The notes beneath the pieces are model-generated. The model worked only from the letters and a program-made list of their open reading frames with translations. It had not been told where the DNA came from and searched no databases. DNA of 64,000 bases, taken from positions 2,464,001-2,528,000 of the forward strand of contig JASGJH010000001.1 of NCBI GenBank assembly GCA_047601445.1, read 5' to 3'. Every line of letters starts with the position of its first letter. Positions within the stretch are counted from its first letter, which is position 1. This DNA is from Myxococcales bacterium. Its GTDB lineage: Bacteria; Myxococcota_A; Polyangia; Polyangiales; DASUME01. Positions 10,623 through 18,598 of this stretch are shown here, piece after piece. A program made the position numbers and the translations under genes.

Positions 10623-11402
10623 TTACGGGAGATAGGGTCGGAGATCGGTGCTCTCGACGAACTTCTTGAGGGCCACCTCGGCCGGGGGGCGCTGGAGGAG
10701 GCGCTTGAACAGCTGCTTCTCCTGCTCGAGTTCGGCGTAGGGCACGTGCTTCATGAAGGCCTTGCAGGTGGCCGCCGCCTCGGGGTCGAAGCGCGTGGCC
10801 TGCTTGGCCGTGGCACGCGCCACGTCGACGTGCTTGCCCTGGGCCACCATCTGGCTGACGAGACCCAACGTCTGGGCCTTCTTGGCGTTCAAGCTGCGTC
10901 CCGTGAGCAGAAGGTCGCGGACGACCCCGTTACCCACGTCGCGTTTGAGCCGAGGAATGCCACCGAAGCCCGGCACGATGCCGAGGCGCAGCTCGGGAAA
11001 GCAAAAGCGCGCCGTCTTGTCGGCGATCAGCACGTCGCAGGTCAGTGCCAGCTCGAAGCCGCCGCCGAAGCACACCCCATGGATGGCCCCGATGGTGGTC
11101 AAGGGCAGCGCGTCGAGCGTGTTCATCACGGCGTGGATGCGATCGATGAAGTCCCCGATGCGCCGCTCTCGCTCCGCGGGATCCCGGGTCGCAATCAGCC
11201 AGGCGTAAACCGCACGCAAGTCGGCGCCAGCGCAAAAGCCCCCGGGCATGCTCGAATAGATCACGAGCGCTCGGCCCTGGTTCGGGTCGATCTCCGTGAG
11301 CGCCTTCTCCAGCGCCTCCAGCATGCCCTCGCCGATCTCGTTCACCGGCGGTGCGCACAGCTCGAGCTCGTACACGCCCTGATGGAGCCGCAGGTTGATC
11401 AC
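10623..11402 (-). CDS. Enoyl-CoA hydratase/isomerase family protein
   Basis: FCAGADL, GGGFELAL, FPELRLGIVPGFGG (both catalytic Glu present). Confidence 0.88.
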   Translation of the reverse strand: MINLRLHQGVYELELCAPPVNEIGEGMLEALEKALTEIDPNQGRALVIYSSMPGGFCAGADLRAVYAWLIATRDPAERERRIGDFIDRIHAVMNTLDALPLTTIGAIHGVCFGGGFELALTCDVLIADKTARFCFPELRLGIVPGFGGIPRLKRDVGNGVVRDLLLTGRSLNAKKAQTLGLVSQMVAQGKHVDVARATAKQATRFDPEAAATCKAFMKHVPYAELEQEKQLFKRLLQRPPAEVALKKFVESTDLRPYLP

Positions 11403-13027
11403 TCGTACATCCCCTGGATCTCGACCGCGTAGCGCTTTTCCACGGCAGCGCGCTTGAGCTTCTGATTGGCGGTCAACTGACCGTTCTCCACGCTGAAGGG
11501 CTCCGGCGCGATGAAGAAGCGGCGCAGGCGGCGGTAGTGGGGAAGCTCGGCATTGAGCTGATCGATGGCGGTCTGCACCGCGTCGGGCGCCGCGCTGCCG
11601 GTGACGATGGCCGACAGGTACGGCTTGGCGTGACCTACCACCATCACCTGGGCACCGGCCATGAAGTTGGCCAGCTTCTCTTCGAGCGGTCCGGGCGCCA
11701 CGTTGTGTCCGCTCTCGGGCACGAGCAGGTCCTTGAGGCGACCGACGATACGCAGGTAACCGTCACCCGTGACCTCCGCCATATCGCCCGAGTGAAACCA
11801 GCCATCGCGAATGCTGGTGGCCGTGGCGTCCGGACGTTTCCAGTACTCGGGAAAGATGTTCGGCCCGCGGCAGATCAGCTCTCCCTCGTCGGTGACCTGC
11901 ATCTCGACACCGTCGATGACCTTGCCCACGTAACCCGGGCGCGCCTGGTTCTTCTGGTCCATCGTGACGATGGCCGTGGTCTCGGTGAGCCCATAGACCT
12001 GGTACACCGGAATGCCCACCAGGCCGAACCAGCGCTGAGTCTCGTCGCTCAAGGGTGCCGAACCGCAGATCAAAAACTCTAGGTTTTTGCCGATTTGCTC
12101 GCGGATCTTGGGGAACACGATGCGCTTGGCGACTTCACGCGCGAACTTGTCCTTCAAGGTCGCGATGCCACGTGCGCTGCGTTCGTTGCCCTCCACGGCG
12201 TGGCGGTACAGCGAGTAAGCCAGGCCGCCGCGCTCCTTGAGCTTGTTGCTCACGCCGAGCCGAATACGCTCGAGCAGCGCGGGCACGTTCAAGAAGTAGT
12301 GGGGCTGCGCGGTGGCGAGTTCCTTCACCAGGTTGTTGAGGTCGGTGGAGAACATCAGCGGGTTACCCCGCGCGAGCTGCGACCAAAGCTGGATGCGGGA
12401 TCCCGCGAAGCACACGGGCAGGTAGTGGAAGACCCGGTCGGGCCCCTGACGCTCGCCCACCATGCTGCCGATGCCGTCGATGGTGCGCTTGAGCATGAAG
12501 TCGACGTTGTCGACCGTGTAGAGCACGCCCTTGGGCTCTCCACTGGTACCCGAGGTGTAGATCATGGTGACGCGGTCGTTGCCCGAACGCGCCAGCGGCT
12601 TGGTCTCGCCCTTGGCGTGCGAGAACACCTCGTCGAACAGCGCAATCGCGCCCTTCCCGGCCGGCCAAGCCGCGCTCAGGCTCTCCTTGAGCGCAGGCGT
12701 GTCCACCAGGACCAAGCGGGTCTCACAGTTGGTGAGCATGCCAGCCAGTTCGTTGGCTGCCTGACGATCGTACATGGGGACGACGATGCCGCCCGCGCCG
12801 AGGATGGCCAGGTCCGCAGCCGCCCAGCGCGCCGAGTTGTGCGCGATCAGGGCCACACGGTCTCCGGGGGCCACGCCACGGCTGCTCAAGAAGCCTCGGG
12901 CCGCGGCCACCAGGTCCTTGATCTGACGCCCGCTGAACTCGACTAGCTTCTCGCCGTGCACTTCGAGGATCAACGCTTCGTTGGCGCGAGCGTCCAGGCT
13001 CGCGTGCATTTGCTCGATGAACGTCAT
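11399..13027 (-). CDS. Second long-chain acyl-AMP ligase (AMP-dependent synthetase)
   Basis: YTSGTSGEPKG, YGLTET, SGD, LTANQKLKR. Start trimmed to MTFIEQ (ATGA overlap with upstream gene). Confidence 0.87.
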   Translation of the reverse strand: MTFIEQMHASLDARANEALILEVHGEKLVEFSGRQIKDLVAAARGFLSSRGVAPGDRVALIAHNSARWAAADLAILGAGGIVVPMYDRQAANELAGMLTNCETRLVLVDTPALKESLSAAWPAGKGAIALFDEVFSHAKGETKPLARSGNDRVTMIYTSGTSGEPKGVLYTVDNVDFMLKRTIDGIGSMVGERQGPDRVFHYLPVCFAGSRIQLWSQLARGNPLMFSTDLNNLVKELATAQPHYFLNVPALLERIRLGVSNKLKERGGLAYSLYRHAVEGNERSARGIATLKDKFAREVAKRIVFPKIREQIGKNLEFLICGSAPLSDETQRWFGLVGIPVYQVYGLTETTAIVTMDQKNQARPGYVGKVIDGVEMQVTDEGELICRGPNIFPEYWKRPDATATSIRDGWFHSGDMAEVTGDGYLRIVGRLKDLLVPESGHNVAPGPLEEKLANFMAGAQVMVVGHAKPYLSAIVTGSAAPDAVQTAIDQLNAELPHYRRLRRFFIAPEPFSVENGQLTANQKLKRAAVEKRYAVEIQGMYE

Positions 13028-14472
13028 GCCGTCTTCTCCAGAATCGCGCGCACGGCGGCGGGCAAGGAAGGCAGGTTGGCCTCCCAGGTGCGGGGCAGGT
13101 CGGGCCTGGGGAAGCTCGGGTAGACGCGCATCACTTCGTCGCCGAAGTCCACGCCCATCTGGCCCATCAACTTCAGCTGCTTGGGGATGGCTTGCGCGAT
13201 CTCGGCGCGGATGCGATCGCCCTCGCGGTCGAGCTTGCGCAGCATCTGCAGCGTGCGCTCCTCCAGGTTCGGGTCGTCGACCTCGAGGCACAAGTCGTCG
13301 TGGCCACGGTCGTGCATCAGGTTGCGGATGCGCTCGTCCATGGTGATGCCACCCGAGGAAACCAGGCCCGGCATCGACGTGACGACCGCGTGGAAACGCG
13401 ACGTCACCAACATCGAGCAGTTCCGCAGCACGCTGACCAGGTCGTACATGTTGTATTCGTCGCTGACGAACAGGGGCGCGTCCTGGTCGAGCCGCGACTC
13501 CACCTCTTCGCAAGCGATGCGGTCGAGCTGCTCCATGCCGATCAGCACGGGAAACACCCGCTTTTCCTTGCGGAACGCGTTGACGGCGTTGGCGATCGCG
13601 CCGCAGTAAGTGTCGAACTTGGCCTCCACCTCGGACGCGGCGTTGTGGAAGTACACGCTCTTGTAGTGCTCGCGCTTGAACTGGCCGTACACGTGCATGG
13701 CGGCGGTCTTCAGCACATCGGGCTTTACCGGCCACCAGAACGGATTGATCGGCCCCACCGCCAGCACGGGCGTCTCGCCGTCCCAGCCCTGCTCGCGCAG
13801 CAGCTGAGCCCCGCGCGACAGCGGTGCAGGCTCGAAGGTCCAGGCCGTGTCCGCGCCACCCACGTTACGGATGCCCATGTCGTCGAGCACCTTGCGCGAG
13901 GGCACGTTGCGGCAGAGTACGAAGCTGTTCTTGCAGTTCTTCTCCACGAAGCGCTTCATGTGCGGCGTCATGGCGCCTGCCTCGGCGCCGTAGCCCACGC
14001 TGATCTTGTTCTCGGCGGCCGCCATGCCGATGGCTCCCGCCATGAACGTGGTCAGCGCGTCGGCGAACTTGCTCTTGAACATCGAGCCTTCGCACGCGAT
14101 GGCGCCGTGGTGCTTGGGCACCTCGTCGAAGAGGAACTTGGGGAACACCGTGGGCAGCTCCACCTGGCGCACCGTGCGGAAGTAGCCCGCCGTCAACTCG
14201 GGATCGACCGTGGTGAGCGTGAGCTCCAGGTTGTCGTCACCCAGCACGTGGCGGACCTGGCGGATCATCTCCTCCACGCGCACGTCGCCGCCCGTGTTGC
14301 GCGCGCCCGAATAGCCCGCGAACAGCAGCTTGAGCGGCTGGCCTGCCTTGTAGACGCTCGGCGAGCGGTCGAGCGCGTGACGCGTCCCGACGGCTTCGAT
14401 CAAGGCGTCGACAGTCATCATCAGCGCTCGATCGGGATCGAACGCCTTGTTGAACTTATCGAGAAACCCCAT
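13024..14472 (-). CDS. Polysaccharide pyruvyl transferase-family (CsaB/WcaK-like) protein
   Basis: GYSGARNTGGD resembles the GYxGxxNxGD motif; GADTAW; TSRFH. Start trimmed to MGFLDKF. Confidence 0.7.
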   Translation of the reverse strand: MGFLDKFNKAFDPDRALMMTVDALIEAVGTRHALDRSPSVYKAGQPLKLLFAGYSGARNTGGDVRVEEMIRQVRHVLGDDNLELTLTTVDPELTAGYFRTVRQVELPTVFPKFLFDEVPKHHGAIACEGSMFKSKFADALTTFMAGAIGMAAAENKISVGYGAEAGAMTPHMKRFVEKNCKNSFVLCRNVPSRKVLDDMGIRNVGGADTAWTFEPAPLSRGAQLLREQGWDGETPVLAVGPINPFWWPVKPDVLKTAAMHVYGQFKREHYKSVYFHNAASEVEAKFDTYCGAIANAVNAFRKEKRVFPVLIGMEQLDRIACEEVESRLDQDAPLFVSDEYNMYDLVSVLRNCSMLVTSRFHAVVTSMPGLVSSGGITMDERIRNLMHDRGHDDLCLEVDDPNLEERTLQMLRKLDREGDRIRAEIAQAIPKQLKLMGQMGVDFGDEVMRVYPSFPRPDLPRTWEANLPSLPAAVRAILEKTA

Positions 14473-14477
14473 GGGAA

Positions 14478-15677
14478 TCAGGCTCCGGCGTCGAAGCTGG
14501 AAACCCCACCCACGCCGTTGCCATTGCCCTTGCCGGAGCGCTTGGCTGCGCTCGCGACATCCTCGGGCCACGGCTTGTACGGGTACTTGAAGTTGCCTTC
14601 GGTGGCGAACTTGAACAGGTGGAAGCAGTAGTCCGTGAACGGCGTCGGAGCGTGTCCGAGCACCTTCTGGATGCGCGTGTTGTCGAACACCGTGTCGTAG
14701 GTGAGGTACGGCAGGAACACCTTCATCAGCGACGCGCCGCCGGCCACGCCCCACTTCTTGGGGCTGTCCATCAGGCGGTCCACCGCCTTCTCGAAGGTCG
14801 GCACCAAACCGGGCGCAAACAGGTGATGCGTCCCGTGACCCGACTTGCGCATGGCGTCGGTGATCTGGCGGTAGGTCGGCGACGCCAACCCGGTGCTCAG
14901 GTTGTACGCGTCGTGTTCGGGCTTGTCCTGCATGTGCACGGCCACGATGCCGGCCCCCACGTAGTTGGCGGGCACGATGTCCATGCGCCAGGAGGCGTCG
15001 AGCGGCAGCACGGGCAGCTTCGCCAGGAACACGAAGGCGCGCACCATGTCGAACTGGGTGGTGCCAGGGTGCCGACTATCACCGAGCACGGTGCTGGGCC
15101 GGAACACCGTGACGGGAACCTCTGGCAGGAGCTCGTGCACCATGTGCTCGCAGAACTTCTTCGTGCGCGAGTAGGGATCGTAGTCGCTCTTGTCCCAGTT
15201 GATGGCCTCGGCCTCGTGGACGTTCTGGCTCTGCACTTCGCCGCTGACGGCCACCGTGGACACGTCGCTGAAGCGACGCAATCCGTGGTGGTCCTGGGCG
15301 GCGCGCGCGAGCTTCACCACCTCGAGCGTGCCGCGCAGGTTGACGTTGAAGCAGGCCTTGTTCGACTTGCGATTCAGCGAGGCAGCGCAGTGAATGATGC
15401 TGCTCGTGTCGTGAACGAGCTTCTGATAGGTCGCCGCGTCGAGCCCGAAGTTCCTGTCGGTGAGATCGCCCAGGTAGATGTCGATCTTGGTCTGCAAGTG
15501 CTCGTAGAAGGTGGCGAAGTCCATGTGCATCTGCAGCGACTGCCACAGGCGCTTGGCGCCATCCTGCTTGTTCTTGGCGCGCACCAGCAGCGCGAGCTTC
15601 TGACCGTGTTGATTGAGTAGCCCGTGAGCCACGTAGGAGCCGAGGTAACCCGTGGCCCCCGTGAGAAAGATCGTCAT
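14478..15677 (-). CDS. Extended SDR / thioester-reductase-like oxidoreductase
   Basis: TGATGYLGS, IIHCAAS, VSTVAV, YSRTK (YxxxK), FRPSTVLGDS. Confidence 0.82.
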   Translation of the reverse strand: MTIFLTGATGYLGSYVAHGLLNQHGQKLALLVRAKNKQDGAKRLWQSLQMHMDFATFYEHLQTKIDIYLGDLTDRNFGLDAATYQKLVHDTSSIIHCAASLNRKSNKACFNVNLRGTLEVVKLARAAQDHHGLRRFSDVSTVAVSGEVQSQNVHEAEAINWDKSDYDPYSRTKKFCEHMVHELLPEVPVTVFRPSTVLGDSRHPGTTQFDMVRAFVFLAKLPVLPLDASWRMDIVPANYVGAGIVAVHMQDKPEHDAYNLSTGLASPTYRQITDAMRKSGHGTHHLFAPGLVPTFEKAVDRLMDSPKKWGVAGGASLMKVFLPYLTYDTVFDNTRIQKVLGHAPTPFTDYCFHLFKFATEGNFKYPYKPWPEDVASAAKRSGKGNGNGVGGVSSFDAGA

Positions 15678-17437
15678 TCCGCAACCTCTGTAACTTCGGC
15701 AGCCGGCGCGTGACGCCGACCGGAATCGCTGCGCAAGGCCGTGGGTTCGACGCTGACTTCGGGCAGCACCACCGGCACCTTGGGCACGTAGTTCTCGACC
15801 TTGGTGTTCTCGATCAAGGGGAACGACCAGCGTCGCAGCCCCGGGACGTGCTGATTAATCCAATAGCGCCGCCAGTCCAGTCGCTTCGGCTCGTAATGGA
15901 AGAAAGGCTCCTTCACCTCGATGCCGACCAGCTCCTCGCAACAGAAGGTCTGGCGGTTGTCCGAGACGAACGGCTTGTAGGTATCGAACACGCGCTCGGC
16001 CAGACGCAGGCGACGATCGAGGCGATCGGTCTTGCTGCGCAGCTTCTTGAGCTCCTTCTTGGCGAACTCGGGCCAGCTCTCGGGCGTGTCCTTGGCGAAG
16101 TCGGAGACCGCCTGCACCAACTTGCGCAGGTTCTCGACGCGCATGAAGTGGTCGTCTCCCACCACCTTGGCGTCCCAGCGCGAGAGCAGCACGCGTTCCA
16201 CCGCGTCTTCGCCGTGCTCGCGGTAGTGCCTGCGGTGGGCCAAGGACGTCAGCTCCAGACCACGCCCCACCGTGAGCGGATGGCGATCACTGGTGGCGCA
16301 CTGATACACGGGCTTGGCCTTGCCCTCGGCGAGCGCAGCCGAGGCGGCGATCAGGGCGGCGCAGCAGTGGTCCACGGGGACCACGTCGAGCGGCTTGTCC
16401 TTGTTGGCGGACATGTGCCTGAACCAGGTACCCATGAAGTAGACCAGGGGACCCGAGGTGTTGAGGCCCTCGTTCCAGCCCGGCAGCGGAAACGCCTCGG
16501 CGCTCTCGATGATGGCGGGCCTGAAGAAGCTCTTCTCGAGCTTGGGGAAGCGCTCCAGCAGCATGGACTCGGCCATGCTCTTGGTGAACGTGTACACGTT
16601 GGGCCAGCCCCAGTGCCGTGCCCGCTCCTTGCCGGTGTCCACCAGGCGCTCGCTGAGCAAGGCCTTGGACTCGCGGCGCAAGATGCGCTCGATGAGCTGG
16701 TGATTGTTCGGATCGTGGCCCTTCTCGACCACGCTCTTCACGAGATCCACGCGCAGCTTGGCCAGGGCGCTCTCGCTCTCCGTGTCCTCGTGCACCTTGG
16801 CGACGAGCTGCTTCAGGTAGCGATACTCGGCCTCCACGTCGAAGCCGGGGCGGACCGGCGCGTAGTTCGGGGTGGCCACCTCCATGATGCGGCCGTCCCG
16901 GTTGCCCGCCACGAAGCAGGTCGACACCTGCAGGAAGCTCGCGTTGCGCGCGGCTGCCGCGAACTCGGCCGCGTGGATGGTTCCCTCCACGTTGTTCTGC
17001 AACGCATCGCTGAGCTCGGGATCGAAGTCCACCTGCCCTGCACAGTGGATCACCATGTCGAGCTCGCGCTGAATGCGCGTGGCGATCTTGGGATCCACGC
17101 CGAGGCCCGGACGACTCACGTCACCGCTGATCACCTCGATGCGCTCGGCGAGAAACTGGGAGAGTCCATCGCCGTGGCGATCGTGGAGCACCTTGAAGGC
17201 GTAGGTGTCGTTGATCATGCGCTGGAAGCGCTCGCGGGCCCCCTGCTTGCCCTTGCCGCGCAGCAGCACGTAGATGCGACCGACCTGCGGAACCTTGTCC
17301 AGCATCATGGAGAGCCAGACCTTGCCCAAAAAGCCACTCGCTCCGGTGAAGAGGATGTGACGACCCGCAAGTGCTTTCTCGACCGACAACGACATGCTCA
17401 TTGTTCCTCGACTCAAATTCCGTTTCGCGCTCACCAC
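15674..17437 (-). CDS. Fatty acyl-CoA reductase (alcohol-forming, male-sterility/FAR type)
   Basis: TGASGFLGKV, HCAGQVDFD, GWPNVYTFTKSMAE, RPAIIESA, PLPGWNEG, C-terminal DWRRYW...HVPGLR. Start uncertain among several nearby codons. Confidence 0.82.
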   Translation of the reverse strand: MVSAKRNLSRGTMSMSLSVEKALAGRHILFTGASGFLGKVWLSMMLDKVPQVGRIYVLLRGKGKQGARERFQRMINDTYAFKVLHDRHGDGLSQFLAERIEVISGDVSRPGLGVDPKIATRIQRELDMVIHCAGQVDFDPELSDALQNNVEGTIHAAEFAAAARNASFLQVSTCFVAGNRDGRIMEVATPNYAPVRPGFDVEAEYRYLKQLVAKVHEDTESESALAKLRVDLVKSVVEKGHDPNNHQLIERILRRESKALLSERLVDTGKERARHWGWPNVYTFTKSMAESMLLERFPKLEKSFFRPAIIESAEAFPLPGWNEGLNTSGPLVYFMGTWFRHMSANKDKPLDVVPVDHCCAALIAASAALAEGKAKPVYQCATSDRHPLTVGRGLELTSLAHRRHYREHGEDAVERVLLSRWDAKVVGDDHFMRVENLRKLVQAVSDFAKDTPESWPEFAKKELKKLRSKTDRLDRRLRLAERVFDTYKPFVSDNRQTFCCEELVGIEVKEPFFHYEPKRLDWRRYWINQHVPGLRRWSFPLIENTKVENYVPKVPVVLPEVSVEPTALRSDSGRRHAPAAEVTEVAE

Positions 17438-17459
17438 GTGCCGCTCTGCCGGCTGGGTG

Positions 17460-18128
17460 TCAGCGGTATTCGAGAACCGGCCAATCGGCGTCGCGCGCGG
17501 CGGCGCGCAACGCGAAATCAGGATTCACGGCGCAGGGTTTGCCCACGCTCGAAAGCAAGAGGATGTCCGCTCCGTGTGCCGCATAGGCGGGAGACTGCGC
17601 CAGATCCAGGCCGCGCTCGCTCGCGTAGTGCTTGACCCACTTGGAGCTGTCGTGTCCGCCGATGACGGGCTCGAGCAGCTTGCCGGTGGCCTCACCGCGC
17701 ACGAACTCGAGACGGTTGCAGACGTAGTCATCGGCGCCGATCTCGGAGACGAGCTTGCTCACGACCTGCTCGATGCCCTCACTGAGTAGCACCACGCGAT
17801 GGCCGTCCTTGCGCGCCTTCTTAACGAGTTCCTTGCCCTTCTCGTAGATGCGCTCACGCAGGATGTCTTTGAAGTACTCCTCCGCGAGCTCTGCGATGCG
17901 GTCCTCCGACATGTGGCGAAGGGTCACATAAGCGGCGCGTGTGGCAAGCGTGCGATCGTTCTGAGACAGCCAGCCATAGACGGGAGCTCCCAGGGCCAGG
18001 GCGCCCACGCGGAAGGCGCGCTCGGCGAACCCCTGTGCATTGCTTGCGAAGTAGGCAGACGCCGCGAGCGCACCGCGGTCGATGAGGATGCCTTCTACTC
18101 TGAAAAACGCTGTGGTCTGTGGTGCCAA
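17460..18128 (-). CDS. HAD-IB (SerB-like) fold protein lacking catalytic aspartates
   Basis: Overall HAD-IB pattern (GHRVVLLS, NRLEF..GEATG, VGKPCAVNPD..LR..A...WPV), but motif I reads FFRVEGIL. Confidence 0.75.
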   Translation of the reverse strand: MAPQTTAFFRVEGILIDRGALAASAYFASNAQGFAERAFRVGALALGAPVYGWLSQNDRTLATRAAYVTLRHMSEDRIAELAEEYFKDILRERIYEKGKELVKKARKDGHRVVLLSEGIEQVVSKLVSEIGADDYVCNRLEFVRGEATGKLLEPVIGGHDSSKWVKHYASERGLDLAQSPAYAAHGADILLLSSVGKPCAVNPDFALRAAARDADWPVLEYR

Positions 18129-18198
18129 GTCTGGGGGTCTCCGTTACGCCGGGTCGAAACCTAGCGGGCGAAGCGCCCGATGGAAAACGAAAAACTAG

Positions 18199-18212
18199 AC
18201 TGACGTGTCAGT
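18199..18212. promoter_or_regulatory. Palindromic operator-like site ACTGAC-GT-GTCAGT
   Basis: Perfect 6-bp inverted arms about 70 bp upstream of the lipid cluster start, within an AT-rich divergent intergenic region. Confidence 0.45.
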
Positions 18213-18547
18213 TCAGCCCCCTTCCGCCCATGCCGTGCTGCGCGTCGCGCCCAATGTGCGCCAAGGTCGTACGCCTTACTCTCCGAAAAAAGGGCTGTCA
18301 GTCGTTCCGAGACGGCGGCGAATCGTCGAGTTCGCACGGTGAACGGCACGGAAACGCGCTGGGGAGGCCGGCACGGCGCGTCATTTACAGTTTTCTTTAC
18401 TGGAATGACCTTGTTGTTGATCAGAAAAGCACTGCTAGAAATTCCGTCAATCCCGCAGAAATCACTCACTTCTACCGCTTGGAACAAAACAAAAACGGAG
18501 TCAACTTTACCTTGCGTGTGTCTGACGCGATCTGCTAAACGGCAATG

Positions 18548-18587
18548 AGGAAGGGTTGATGTTGATTTGTAAACCCTTCCTTTCTTT
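18548..18587 (+). promoter_or_regulatory. Leader hairpin plus pyrimidine run directly before the thiolase RBS
   Basis: AGGAAGGGTT...AACCCTTCCT 10-bp stem followed by TTCTTT and GGAGG. Confidence 0.4.
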
Positions 18588-18598
18588 GGAGGTGCGGT

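Noticed and set aside
11399..14754. Apparent N-terminal extensions or fusions in track ORFs 11399-13735 and 13024-14754 (likewise 19965, 43102, 44738)
   Set aside because: The extensions overlap neighbouring real genes and are low-information. Internal ATGs with coupling or RBS signals fit better.
18119..18548. Short ORFs in the AT-rich region
   Set aside because: No GC3 bias or recognisable motif; better explained as a divergent promoter region.
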